A DNA stretch of 48,677 nucleotides from Mycoavidus cysteinexigens (GTDB taxonomy: Bacteria > Pseudomonadota > Gammaproteobacteria > Burkholderiales > Burkholderiaceae), in contig JASSUF010000001.1 of the NCBI GenBank assembly GCA_031963365.1, positions 1-48,677 on the forward strand, given 5' to 3'. A model generated the notes under the pieces. It saw nothing but the letters and a program-made list of their open reading frames with translations. It did not search any database and was not told where the DNA came from. Below are positions 28,198-36,363 of the stretch, in pieces (position 1 is the first letter of the stretch; the number at the start of each line of letters is the position of its first letter). The position numbers and the translations under genes were made by a program.

Positions 28198-28629
28198 ATG
28201 ATGGAGATCTTGAATTATCCCCGCTTAAGGGAAGAGCTCATACGTGATGAAGGGGTTCGATTTAAGCCTTACCGCGATAGTAGAGGGTATCTCACGATCG
28301 GCACAGGCCGTAATCTGGATGCGATCGGTATCAGTCAGCAGGAAAACGATCTAATGCTCGATAACGATATTCAGCGCGCCGCGCATGATTTAGATCAGCA
28401 TTGCCCGTGGTGGCGCACACTGGATGCGGTACGGCAGCGTATCTTAATGAACTTGTGTTTTAATTTGGGTATTGCCAAACTATTGCAATTTACTCAAACC
28501 CTGCATGCTACCCAGCAAGGCGCTTATCCACAAGCTGCCATACATATGCTGGATTCTGCATGGGCGCGGCAAGTGAAAGAACGAGCATTACGGCTAGCAC
28601 ATGGCATGCGCTCTGGAGTCCTAGGATGA
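28198..28629 (+). CDS. Endolysin, T4-lysozyme-like (GH24)
   Basis: LIRDEGVRFKPYRDSRGYLTIGTGRNL catalytic-region motif (E...D...T). 143 aa. Confidence 0.88.
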   Translation: MMEILNYPRLREELIRDEGVRFKPYRDSRGYLTIGTGRNLDAIGISQQENDLMLDNDIQRAAHDLDQHCPWWRTLDAVRQRILMNLCFNLGIAKLLQFTQTLHATQQGAYPQAAIHMLDSAWARQVKERALRLAHGMRSGVLG

Positions 28630-29135
28630 TAAGTGCACTATGGCGTTGGTTTAGTGGTTCACGCCTGGTAGGGGCTATGCTAGTAGGCATCGCTATAGGG
28701 GGATATACCGCTTGGCATATACAAGCCCTTCGTTACGAGGTGCGATTAGCCCGTCTACAAGCTAACATGCTTCACGCCCACCAAATACAAGATGACATTG
28801 CCACACACACAGAAACCACAACCCATGCCAATCTTAGCGCCATTGAAGATCAAGCACGCCGCCTCACCAGCCAGATTCCACGCTATATGGATTCAGACGA
28901 TACTCTGGCTCAGTCTGTGCCTCCTAGCTTCGTGTACCTGTACAACGCCGCTTTCACCGGCGCTACTCCCTCCACCTCCACACGCGCTGATGATCGATCC
29001 TCCCGCATTTCGTTTACTGAACTTGCCGATGCCCACATCACCAACGCCAGCATCTGTCAACAATGGCGAGAACAGGCATTAGCTTGGAGAACATTTTATC
29101 AACAGTTGCGTGACGCTCAAGAGGTGAGACGCTGA
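28626..29135 (+). CDS. i-spanin (Rz-like)
   Basis: ATGA overlap with the lysozyme. N-terminal TM LVGAMLVGIAIGGYTAW, then coiled coil. Contains an embedded +1 frame lipoprotein ORF. Confidence 0.7.
   Translation: MISALWRWFSGSRLVGAMLVGIAIGGYTAWHIQALRYEVRLARLQANMLHAHQIQDDIATHTETTTHANLSAIEDQARRLTSQIPRYMDSDDTLAQSVPPSFVYLYNAAFTGATPSTSTRADDRSSRISFTELADAHITNASICQQWREQALAWRTFYQQLRDAQEVRR
28825..29082 (+). CDS. o-spanin (Rz1-like lipoprotein) embedded in Rz +1 frame
   Basis: Lipobox LLAS|C (Cys codon at 28933). Mature part is Pro-rich (PLSPALLPPPPHALMIDPP). Lies entirely within the Rz gene. Start uncertain (28792 or 28825). Confidence 0.6.
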   Translation: MPILAPLKIKHAASPARFHAIWIQTILWLSLCLLASCTCTTPLSPALLPPPPHALMIDPPAFRLLNLPMPTSPTPASVNNGENRH

Positions 29136-29223
29136 GCAAATGGCGCTGTCTATTGTATGGATAACTCATACGCAGAAAGCAATATCATCTATGGTATTAG
29201 GATTAACAATAGACAGATTGCCA

Positions 29224-30432
29224 TTAGGCCAGAGCATGTACATTTGCAGCTACGTAAGAGGACTCACTTGAATCCGTATAGCCGGATGCAGACATGTCAC
29301 TATCCCCTTCTGTAGACGAAGAGCCATGCTCGTCCAATGTGGGCATTACAAGAGCATTTTCCACAGGAGGCTGGGGAAGAGGAAGAGAAAGCGATTGTGA
29401 AGGGTCAAAATCTTGGTGTAGCGGCAACGTTGGATTCATCGGCACCCTATCTATAGAGTTCGTTAGAGAAGTGGACTGAGTACCTGCCTGAAGGAGTGCG
29501 GTATCGCTGCCATTTTCCTGATGACGGTTACTTTGACTGGTAACCTGGCTACTGCTATGACCTTGCTCAAGAGCATGTAATCGTTCAGAGAATGCATTAA
29601 GTTGAGCAAGCAAATTTTGGTTTATTAACTGCTGCTGTTGATTTGTTTGCCTTAATTCTGCAATTATTTCTCCACTTTGCTTGACTTCTATTCTTAATTG
29701 CGCATTAAGGCTCTTCAATTGTTTAACTTCATTTTCTAATTGTTTATTTTGATTTCTTAATTTTGTATTTGCATTTGTATTTCTTAATCGCGTATTTTTG
29801 TTTTGTAATATTCCGTGAGGCTCTTCTGAAGTTTTGATGCGATTATTTAATTTCGCTACTAACATCTCACTTCCAGCAGCAGTATTGGATGCGGTTTCAC
29901 TGACTACGGTTTGGGTTACGCTTCCCACCCCTGTTTGCGGTACTTCAAAAGGTGCAAGTGCAGTTTCTTCGATTTCAAGGCGGTATGGCATTTCGCTGCT
30001 TGGAACAGATAGAGTACTGTTGTTTTGATTTGCTGGTTCTATATCAGCATTTCCTTCGCCAATACTCACTGTTGGGGCAATAATAGCGCTAGCTGCTGTC
30101 GTATTGGATTCAGTAACATGGGCCGCAATGGCACCAATAGGAGGCGAGGTTTCTGGTCTTTGACGAGGTAAGGGTGCAGTTTGTTTGGCTTCAAATTTTT
30201 CTGACGCCATCGGGTTTGAGGTGAATGTTTTTTTACTATTCTGGTCTTCTATTGGGAGTTGTGCTATATAGGCAACGCTGGATCCACCAAGAAGGGTCGC
30301 GGCAACAGCAGCGCCGCCCGCTATCGTAGTGCTTGATCCAGAACCCGCAGCTGTGATAGCGGCGGCGGCCGAGGCGCTTCCCATTTGTGATAACACAGCA
30401 AATGCACCAATTCCAGCAAGAGGTAATGGCAT
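29224..30432 (-). CDS. Cargo protein: N-terminal Ala/Gly-rich double hydrophobic segment + Gln/Asn-rich coiled coil + Ser/Asp/Glu-rich tail
   Basis: SD ggag. LAGIGAFAVLSQMGSASAAAAITAAG and IAGGAAVAATLLGGSSVAYIA. Heptad region LRNQNKQLENEVKQLKSLNAQLRIEVKQ...LLAQLNAFSERLHALEQ. Confidence 0.6.
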   Translation of the reverse strand: MPLPLAGIGAFAVLSQMGSASAAAAITAAGSGSSTTIAGGAAVAATLLGGSSVAYIAQLPIEDQNSKKTFTSNPMASEKFEAKQTAPLPRQRPETSPPIGAIAAHVTESNTTAASAIIAPTVSIGEGNADIEPANQNNSTLSVPSSEMPYRLEIEETALAPFEVPQTGVGSVTQTVVSETASNTAAGSEMLVAKLNNRIKTSEEPHGILQNKNTRLRNTNANTKLRNQNKQLENEVKQLKSLNAQLRIEVKQSGEIIAELRQTNQQQQLINQNLLAQLNAFSERLHALEQGHSSSQVTSQSNRHQENGSDTALLQAGTQSTSLTNSIDRVPMNPTLPLHQDFDPSQSLSLPLPQPPVENALVMPTLDEHGSSSTEGDSDMSASGYTDSSESSYVAANVHALA

Positions 30433-30820
30433 AGATCACTCCAGTGAGTACGTGTTTATGAAATACTTTTCAGCTTTGCGTCGCTTTTAAGTTTTACAGA
30501 AAACCTCATTGGCTAGAACTACATCTGCATATGCTGCTTGGAATAGCATGTACCTAATAAAATAATGGCCAAGACAAAAAATATTAATACAGTGATCTAG
30601 CAGGGATAGGTTTAATCAATCTCTACTGCTTATCAGCGCAATGACGGATACCCAATAGAAGAAAAAATATCCAAAGTATTCAGATAAAGGTATTGCTCCT
30701 ACATCTACCTCGTTTGCAGGCGATAAAAGCGACTCCTGCGCAATACCATAAAGTTAAAAAACGATAAGCAGTATCCGGCCAAGACCTGTTAATAACCAGC
30801 TGGCTTTGTGGACCCAAACT

Positions 30821-32467
30821 ATGGACCGTATCACGCCTATTCCTTCTCCAACACTTCCTGCAACCGCAGCTAAACCCATCGCCTGCGAAGATGCCCTATG
30901 GGTTCCGCTCCCTGAGCAAGATGTAATAGAGCGCAATAGCCTTATTGCTATCGAAGCATGGCAAAAGCTATTTACTGATTTGCCGCTTGAAATAGTGTCA
31001 ATAATTTTTACAGAAACATTATTTGGTCTAACGCTCAATGAAATATTGAATATTGCAGAATATCAAAGAGGGAAACTCAAACCTGAGGCTTGGTCCGCAC
31101 TCTATAAAGCTAGTATTTTTTGTTTTGGCTCAATAGAAGAGCTATCAGAGTGGCTCTCTAATCCTAAACAGTTTCGGAATTTTGTCGAAGATGCGCAAAA
31201 ATACGGAGATAAAACCCTGCGGCAAATCTTTTATGGATTACAACTGCTGGAAAAAACAAAAGACTCGATAACCATTGAAGATTGTATGCGTGCTGGAATG
31301 ATAGATAGAGAGCGTATCTGTTCAGAAAATGCATTACCAAGTATTAGGGGCGAGCAAGATTTTTTATCGTGGCTCTGTGGAAAAAAAGCGCGTATAGTAA
31401 TTTGTTTACGTTGGCTTCCTGCGCAAACCCACAATCCTGAAGCTCGTAATCCTGATTTACTAGAAGAAGCAGTAAAACAAGGTAATTGCACGATAGTAAA
31501 GCAAGTATGCGCCTATATGAAAAAGCATAGGCTGCATGATGGGGCTGTCCTTCACCCATGTCGAAATGCATTATGGAGAGCGGTTATTGATAATGATGTC
31601 CCAATAGCACAATATTTATTCGACGAATTTCCAGATTTTCGGTTCACTCAAGGTCTTCTACAAATTTCTGCAGCAGAAGGATGTTTGCCTATGGTTCAAC
31701 TGCTTATAGAAAGAAAAATAGAAATTAATGAACTAGATGACTATCAAAAAACGGCCTTGCAGACAGTAATAGGTACCTTCTATCCATATCAGCTTTCTCC
31801 TTCATATTGGTTAGGATTTGATGAGGAGGGGCGTCAAAAAACCCTCGATCAATTAGATGTGATTATTTTTTTACTGCGTCAATATGTTGATAAAGGACTT
31901 GATTTTGATATTAACTGGGAATTGCAAGAACAAAATACTTTTTTGCATATGGCTTGTTATGTGCAAAACCCTGACTCTGCAGAATGGTTAGCACAGTTTA
32001 TATTGGAACAGCAAAAGGATAAAAACCTGTTCGATACTCAAAATGAAGATGGGAAAACGCCTTTCATGTGTGCATTAGAGGCTGATAATTACCCTATGTA
32101 TACTTTTTTGCAAGAACAGCAGGCGAAGCGAGTGTTAGGAACCGAGAGATTTCCCCTTCTTTCTCGAGAAGAGTTTCAAGCTTTACGAACAGCGTCGAAT
32201 AGAACATCCTCAACGCCACCTTCCACAAAGCCCGTCTTGCCTGCTTCCACTAGTATTCAAAACGACCCTCCTGTTGCTGTTCAGCCTCGCATTACAGCTT
32301 CCTATGCACCTTCTGCGCAAGAGATCTCTTGGCTACACACATGGGTGCAAGCCTTTGTTGATTTATCAAAATATCTGCTCACGATGGTGTTCTTTATTCC
32401 CCGTACTTTGTATGTCTTCTACCTCAATGTCATACAAGCTTGGATAAGTAGAGTGAGTGAAAGGTAA
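30821..32467 (+). CDS. F-box + ankyrin-repeat protein with C-terminal hydrophobic anchor
   Basis: F-box LFTDLPLEIVSIIFTE. ANK-like units (LLEEAVKQGNCTIVKQVC, ALWRAVIDNDVPIAQYL, LLQISAAEGCLPMVQLLIERKIEINELDDYQKTAL, NEDGKTPFMCALEADNYPMYTFL). C-terminal YLLTMVFFIPRTLYVFYLNVIQAWI. Confidence 0.75.
   Translation: MDRITPIPSPTLPATAAKPIACEDALWVPLPEQDVIERNSLIAIEAWQKLFTDLPLEIVSIIFTETLFGLTLNEILNIAEYQRGKLKPEAWSALYKASIFCFGSIEELSEWLSNPKQFRNFVEDAQKYGDKTLRQIFYGLQLLEKTKDSITIEDCMRAGMIDRERICSENALPSIRGEQDFLSWLCGKKARIVICLRWLPAQTHNPEARNPDLLEEAVKQGNCTIVKQVCAYMKKHRLHDGAVLHPCRNALWRAVIDNDVPIAQYLFDEFPDFRFTQGLLQISAAEGCLPMVQLLIERKIEINELDDYQKTALQTVIGTFYPYQLSPSYWLGFDEEGRQKTLDQLDVIIFLLRQYVDKGLDFDINWELQEQNTFLHMACYVQNPDSAEWLAQFILEQQKDKNLFDTQNEDGKTPFMCALEADNYPMYTFLQEQQAKRVLGTERFPLLSREEFQALRTASNRTSSTPPSTKPVLPASTSIQNDPPVAVQPRITASYAPSAQEISWLHTWVQAFVDLSKYLLTMVFFIPRTLYVFYLNVIQAWISRVSER
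30968..31105 (+). other. F-box motif region of the ANK protein (aa ~50-95)
   Basis: LPlEIvsiIF then LtLnEILniae. Weaker second half than in the two LRR proteins. Confidence 0.55.
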
Positions 32468-32544
32468 ACTCAACCATTGCGCAATATAGAAAGTGCAGCT
32501 AACCCAAAGAGAATAATGTTTTTATCTTTATAAATAAATATTTA

Positions 32545-32584
32545 CGAAAAAATAGCCCTTCTTCAAAAAAGAGCTATTTTTAGA
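32545..32584. terminator. Putative bidirectional terminator between convergent cargo genes
   Basis: aatagc (32551-32556) pairs with gctatt (32573-32578), plus inner tctt/aaga. A-run upstream and T-run downstream. Confidence 0.4.
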
Positions 32585-32631
32585 GGACATTAATTTACTT
32601 TTAGATTTATTGTACGGGAGAGAGAGGGGGA

Positions 32632-34074
32632 TTACCCTAATTTATTTATTAATTTTGCTATTAACTCATCTTTCTGAGCCAGTTGTTCTTTTAGTCGTGC
32701 ATTTTCCGCTATCAAATCAGCATCTGGGCTAGAAGAGGCAGAACGAGAGACGAGAAGTTGTTTGACTTCGTCCAGCTCTTTCTGCAATTGAGCAGCGCCA
32801 TTATTGAAGGCAGTAAAAATGTGATCTTGTTGCGCACCAATGGCCGACTTAATATCTTTAACTTGATCAGTGCTCATTTTTAATACACCTTTACCTTTTA
32901 ATACTTTGAGTAATGCGGGGAGAATCTTATCCCTTAATTGTATACGAATAAGATTCTCCTTTCCAAATTGTTCGTTTTTTTGTATCTCTCTAACAGGAGT
33001 GAAGGCTGAAGGGAGGTTGAGGAAGGCGACAATGTTTCCTCCTACCAAAGGAATAAAAGCAATAAGTGTTTTAAGCGTAGCAAACCAAGCGGCGAAAGTC
33101 GTCCATTTCTTGCGAGCTTCGTCTTCTTGCTTTTGGATAGTATCGAAGTACGCAGCTTGTGCTTGAGCCAATTTATCAAATGGCAGCCATAACTGATCAG
33201 TAGAAAGCCATACAGATTCCGTAGATTCTTCTAAAGAGTTAGAACTTGCCCCACTCTCGATGATAGAAGGGGTTATCAAACGGCCATTATGGTCCTCAGA
33301 GGGTAAAATTTCACTTATTTTACGAGGAAGGCGCACTCCTTGAGAAGGATGTAACAATAGCTCTGGGTATCGCCATAAAGAAGAAAGCGTCTCTTGGATT
33401 TCAATACGAGTACGATGTATAAGTGAAGCATCTGCGCAGAGCTGCTGCATAGATACATTACGCTGACCTTCATTTCTATTTGCAAGGATATGCTCTGTAA
33501 AGAGAGCATCTAACGAATCTTTGGCTTCTTCTAATGCTTTTTTGGCCGATTGACCGTAATTATTTAATGCATCGCTACCTGGTTTGATAAGCGCCATGCC
33601 CATCTGCGACGCAGATTGCGCTTTTGTCGCAGGCTTTTTATGGCCAAGGAGCCAATAGGCATGAGCACGTGATTTACTCAGTGATCCATCTGGTTCAAGC
33701 TGCGCAATACGGGTATCGATCTGCTGACTAGTTAAAGAATACAGCGTTTTTTCATACGCTGTTTTAGCCTTAGCCGCTTTATTTGAGCGATACTCTTCCA
33801 TATGACGTCTAGAAGAATGTAATAGCGCATTCTGCGCTTTCAGGGCTTTGAGAGACCTTTCTATTTGACTAGGGACAAAAGAACAAAATGGCTCACAGAG
33901 ATGCGCTAATGAAGTAGTAGGAATATGTTTGCCAAATAGTGGATGCCCTTTCTCAAATACGGGTAAATTTTCTTGGAATTCTGGAGGATCTTGTAGCGTG
34001 AGCTCAACACAGGCGGCCTGCGAGGAAAAGATCGCATGATCTATGGGTATTCCACCTGCGCCAGTAATTCGCAT
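32632..34074 (-). CDS. Cargo protein: large helical protein with internal hydrophobic hairpin and C-terminal coiled coil
   Basis: SD aggag, 480 aa. FAAWFATLKTLIAFIPLVGGNIVAFLNLPSAF. C-terminal LIAENARLKEQLAQKDELIAKLINKL. Confidence 0.6.
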   Translation of the reverse strand: MRITGAGGIPIDHAIFSSQAACVELTLQDPPEFQENLPVFEKGHPLFGKHIPTTSLAHLCEPFCSFVPSQIERSLKALKAQNALLHSSRRHMEEYRSNKAAKAKTAYEKTLYSLTSQQIDTRIAQLEPDGSLSKSRAHAYWLLGHKKPATKAQSASQMGMALIKPGSDALNNYGQSAKKALEEAKDSLDALFTEHILANRNEGQRNVSMQQLCADASLIHRTRIEIQETLSSLWRYPELLLHPSQGVRLPRKISEILPSEDHNGRLITPSIIESGASSNSLEESTESVWLSTDQLWLPFDKLAQAQAAYFDTIQKQEDEARKKWTTFAAWFATLKTLIAFIPLVGGNIVAFLNLPSAFTPVREIQKNEQFGKENLIRIQLRDKILPALLKVLKGKGVLKMSTDQVKDIKSAIGAQQDHIFTAFNNGAAQLQKELDEVKQLLVSRSASSSPDADLIAENARLKEQLAQKDELIAKLINKLG

Positions 34075-34221
34075 ACGTTCTCCTAATAAAGCACCTCCTC
34101 GGAGATACTATGATTAAGCATATGGAAGATTTTTTTCAGCAGGTATACGGCTAATACCTGGAAGATAAGATTTGGCAAAACGCTGAATACGCTTTAGTTT
34201 GGTAACAAAATACGATGCAAA

Positions 34222-34261
34222 AAGTCCCACATCCTCAAAAAAACTGAAAACATGGGACTTT
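34222..34261 (-). terminator. Possible terminator after the 321-aa cargo gene
   Basis: On the minus strand agtccca pairs with tgggact (long loop), followed by ttttg. Confidence 0.35.
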
Positions 34262-34286
34262 GGCGATCTAAAAAAAGCCATGTTAA

Positions 34287-35252
34287 TTAGGCTAGATCCT
34301 CAATAGATTTAAGCACTATTCGAGCCTGCTCTAAAGGGATGCCTGATTTGGTGAGAGCTTGCTTTAAAATCTCCTTGGAAACGTAATCAGCATGGTTAGC
34401 AGACTGCACTTGTTGGGCTGCCTTGACTTCCGCTAGCTCACGCTGCATGTTTTGCATTATTCGATTCATATTTTCAATTTTGTTATTAACACTCATATTG
34501 TTTCTCAACGATTCTTCTAATTGGGCTACAAATTGATTAAAAAGATTTTTGTGTTTATTAAGGTGAATACGCCGCTCACCTTCTATCTGCGCAATTAAAA
34601 ATCGATAAAACTGCACATATACCGAGATAAACACAAAGCATTTCCCAAACAGAGCCGCCATGCTTGCTGAAATCGCCAATGCGATACACAGTTGCGCGCA
34701 AAGCGGTGCAATAAGGGGCATTAAAATCAAGGTTGCTGTAAACAAAAATACAAAACGACTAGTTTTTTGTTCCTCCGATTCAACCTTAAATTCCTCGTAG
34801 CACTTGGCAAATTTCAGCATGACTTTATGCAAACACGCTAAATTGGCTTCAATTTGGCTGCTTTCTTCAGGTGATAAAGCAATTTCCTCCGTAGTTACTA
34901 ATCCATCAGGCAAGGGAGGCATCTCTGATTGAATGCTGATGCCTTTTTCTACCCACTGCATAAGCGGCTGACAGGCTTTAGCGAAGTTAGAAAGCACGGC
35001 TGCGAACTTGGCCTCCTCCACTTCTGATAAACCTCGGCCGCAATACCAGTTATCTTCCTTCAATACAGTCTTTATGCACGTCCATTGCTCTGAAACTTGT
35101 TCATACAAACTGCACTCTGGTTCGATAATTTCTGGATCGATAAAGCCGCATTCAGATTGGCTTTTACTTTCAGTAACAGCGGGGCTGGGAAAAAAAGGAA
35201 TGTTGAATGTTGAGATGCCTCTTGCCTGCAAAGTGTGCAGGAAGGAAGACAT
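34287..35252 (-). CDS. Cargo protein with central bilobed hydrophobic domain and C-terminal coiled coil
   Basis: SD gggagg. FVFLFTATLILMPLIAPLCAQL-CIALAISASMAALFGKCFVFISVYV, then LEESLRNNMSVNNKIENMNRIMQNMQRELAEVKAAQ. Confidence 0.6.
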   Translation of the reverse strand: MSSFLHTLQARGISTFNIPFFPSPAVTESKSQSECGFIDPEIIEPECSLYEQVSEQWTCIKTVLKEDNWYCGRGLSEVEEAKFAAVLSNFAKACQPLMQWVEKGISIQSEMPPLPDGLVTTEEIALSPEESSQIEANLACLHKVMLKFAKCYEEFKVESEEQKTSRFVFLFTATLILMPLIAPLCAQLCIALAISASMAALFGKCFVFISVYVQFYRFLIAQIEGERRIHLNKHKNLFNQFVAQLEESLRNNMSVNNKIENMNRIMQNMQRELAEVKAAQQVQSANHADYVSKEILKQALTKSGIPLEQARIVLKSIEDLA

Positions 35253-35648
35253 AGCATTTCCTCCCTAGCGCAGTGCAGATAAATAAGGGCTGATATAACA
35301 ACCCCGCCAGAGGGTTATCAAACAGGAAAGCAACGGGTGACTTCGAGAGACAGAAAGCCGGGAAGAAGTTGTTAAACGTCTATAAGCTTTGAGATACGGG
35401 GGATAAATAAAGGAACAGAAACCCATTGGAGGGTCTGGATACGAGCGTAGGTAGTACATTGCAACTCCTAGAGGAGAGTTTCAATTCCCTACCAACCTTC
35501 GCTATCAACCAAAGGGTGGCAGGACCGAGCGAGGTTGATAGACCGGCCTCTAGACCAGTGAGCCGTACGGCTCCCACACTCGGCCCCACCATAAACGGGA
35601 CTGACATAGAGGAACGGAGCTATCAACCTCCGGCTACCTTTTGGTAGC
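35253..35648 (-). ncRNA. Long structured 5' leader (or independent RNA) upstream of the 321-aa cargo gene, class unknown
   Basis: ~396 nt with no convincing ORF between a near-consensus promoter and the gene's SD. Several long-range perfect complementarities (see findings). Confidence 0.4.
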
Positions 35649-35654
35649 GCATTG

Positions 35655-35683
35655 ACTATTACAAATTTATAAGATTTTGTCAA
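35655..35683 (-). promoter_or_regulatory. Sigma70-type promoter (minus strand)
   Basis: On the minus strand: TTGACA (35683-35678), 17-nt spacer, AATAGT (35660-35655). Confidence 0.5.
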
Positions 35684-35991
35684 ACACAATAAAAAAAGGG
35701 GCAATTTCGATGTTTGCACACCATCACACTGCCTAGGAATCGAGGAACATAAGCAGTTTTGAAACGCTGAAAACGGAGGGTACTCCGATAGAAATGCTTA
35801 GCGTAAATTTACCCCGCTTTTTCATGTGGCTAGGCTAACCTTGTTTACTAAAGTAGGTATGAGAAGTAAAAAAACTGCTAGACTAGATGTAACGGCAGCC
35901 TCTACTGCTTTTTATAAGGTCGCCACTGTATATTTGCTGTGAAACAAATTTTAAAAGTAATAATGGCAACATTCTTGTAGCAAATTTTTTT

Positions 35992-36012
35992 GGGGGTATA
36001 TTTGGGGGTATA
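35992..36012. promoter_or_regulatory. Putative integrase arm-type repeats, attR side
   Basis: gggggtata at 35992-36000 and 36004-36012 (12-bp phasing). Same motif as the attL-side cluster. Confidence 0.45.
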
Positions 36013-36074
36013 AATTATACTCACTGAAGAATGAGCCCTTTATTTATATGAATTTCGTCTTTAAATGTGTATCT

Positions 36075-36090
36075 TCTTCCGGGTACCAAA
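36075..36090. repeat. attR core (tRNA-Leu 3' fragment)
   Basis: Exact copy of 2185-2200. Confidence 0.85.
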
Positions 36091-36124
36091 CAAAAATTGC
36101 TTCGAACATGCTTAAAATTCTATG

Positions 36125-36159
36125 AAACCCCGAGGGATTTGATCTATCGGGGTTTTTTA
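36125..36159 (+). terminator. Displaced native tRNA-Leu terminator
   Basis: ccccga (36128-36133) pairs with tcgggg (36147-36152), followed by tttttt, ~35 nt after the attR tRNA fragment. Confidence 0.65.
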
Positions 36160-36198
36160 TTACATGCTCCCACAAAGTGATAGAGCCAATTTCAATAA

Positions 36199-36338
36199 GA
36201 ACCTGTTTAGAGTCTCCCAAAAGGGCCCATCTTCGGGGTCGTGCGGTGCAAGGTATTCACTGTACTTAAAGTACATCCGGATCCTGCGCTCCTGCTCCCC
36301 CAAATATGAACCCTTTTGGAAGACTCTAAACAGGTTCT
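36199..36338. repeat. Family-1 MITE-like repeat, inverted copy with different outer arms
   Basis: The core 36227-36310 is the reverse complement of the 47170-47262 core. Outer 28-bp arms are agaacctgtttagagtctcccaaaaggg / cccttttggaagactctaaacaggttct. Confidence 0.8.
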
Positions 36339-36363
36339 AAGCGCAGTGTGGAGCACACATTTT

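Noticed and set aside
35253-35648. Identity of the structured region as tmRNA, RNase P RNA, a group II intron domain V, a retron msr/msd or a riboswitch I know.
   Set aside because: None of the expected signatures is present: no T-arm/ACCA or tag ORF, no GAGGAAAGUCC P4 motif. gagccgtacggctc only loosely resembles domain V and there is no IEP/RT. No cobalamin, c-di-GMP or TPP core motifs were seen. It is left as class unknown.
35253-35648. CsrB/RsmY-like GGA-motif sponge RNA on the plus strand (about ten GGA triplets).
   Set aside because: Enrichment over chance is modest, and the motifs are not consistently in hairpin loops. No plus-strand promoter or terminator was found, and the good promoter is on the other strand.
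35733-35825. 30-codon minus-strand ORF (MKKRGKFTLSISIGVPSVFSVSKLLMFLDS) as a type I toxin-like peptide.
   Set aside because: It has no SD, is only weakly hydrophobic, and no antisense RNA signature was seen.
36316-36363. pcnB start at the first ATG of the tracked ORF (36316).
   Set aside because: That codon lies inside the family-1 repeat arm. Homology to E. coli PcnB begins much later, so a downstream (possibly non-ATG) start is more likely. The exact start is unresolved.
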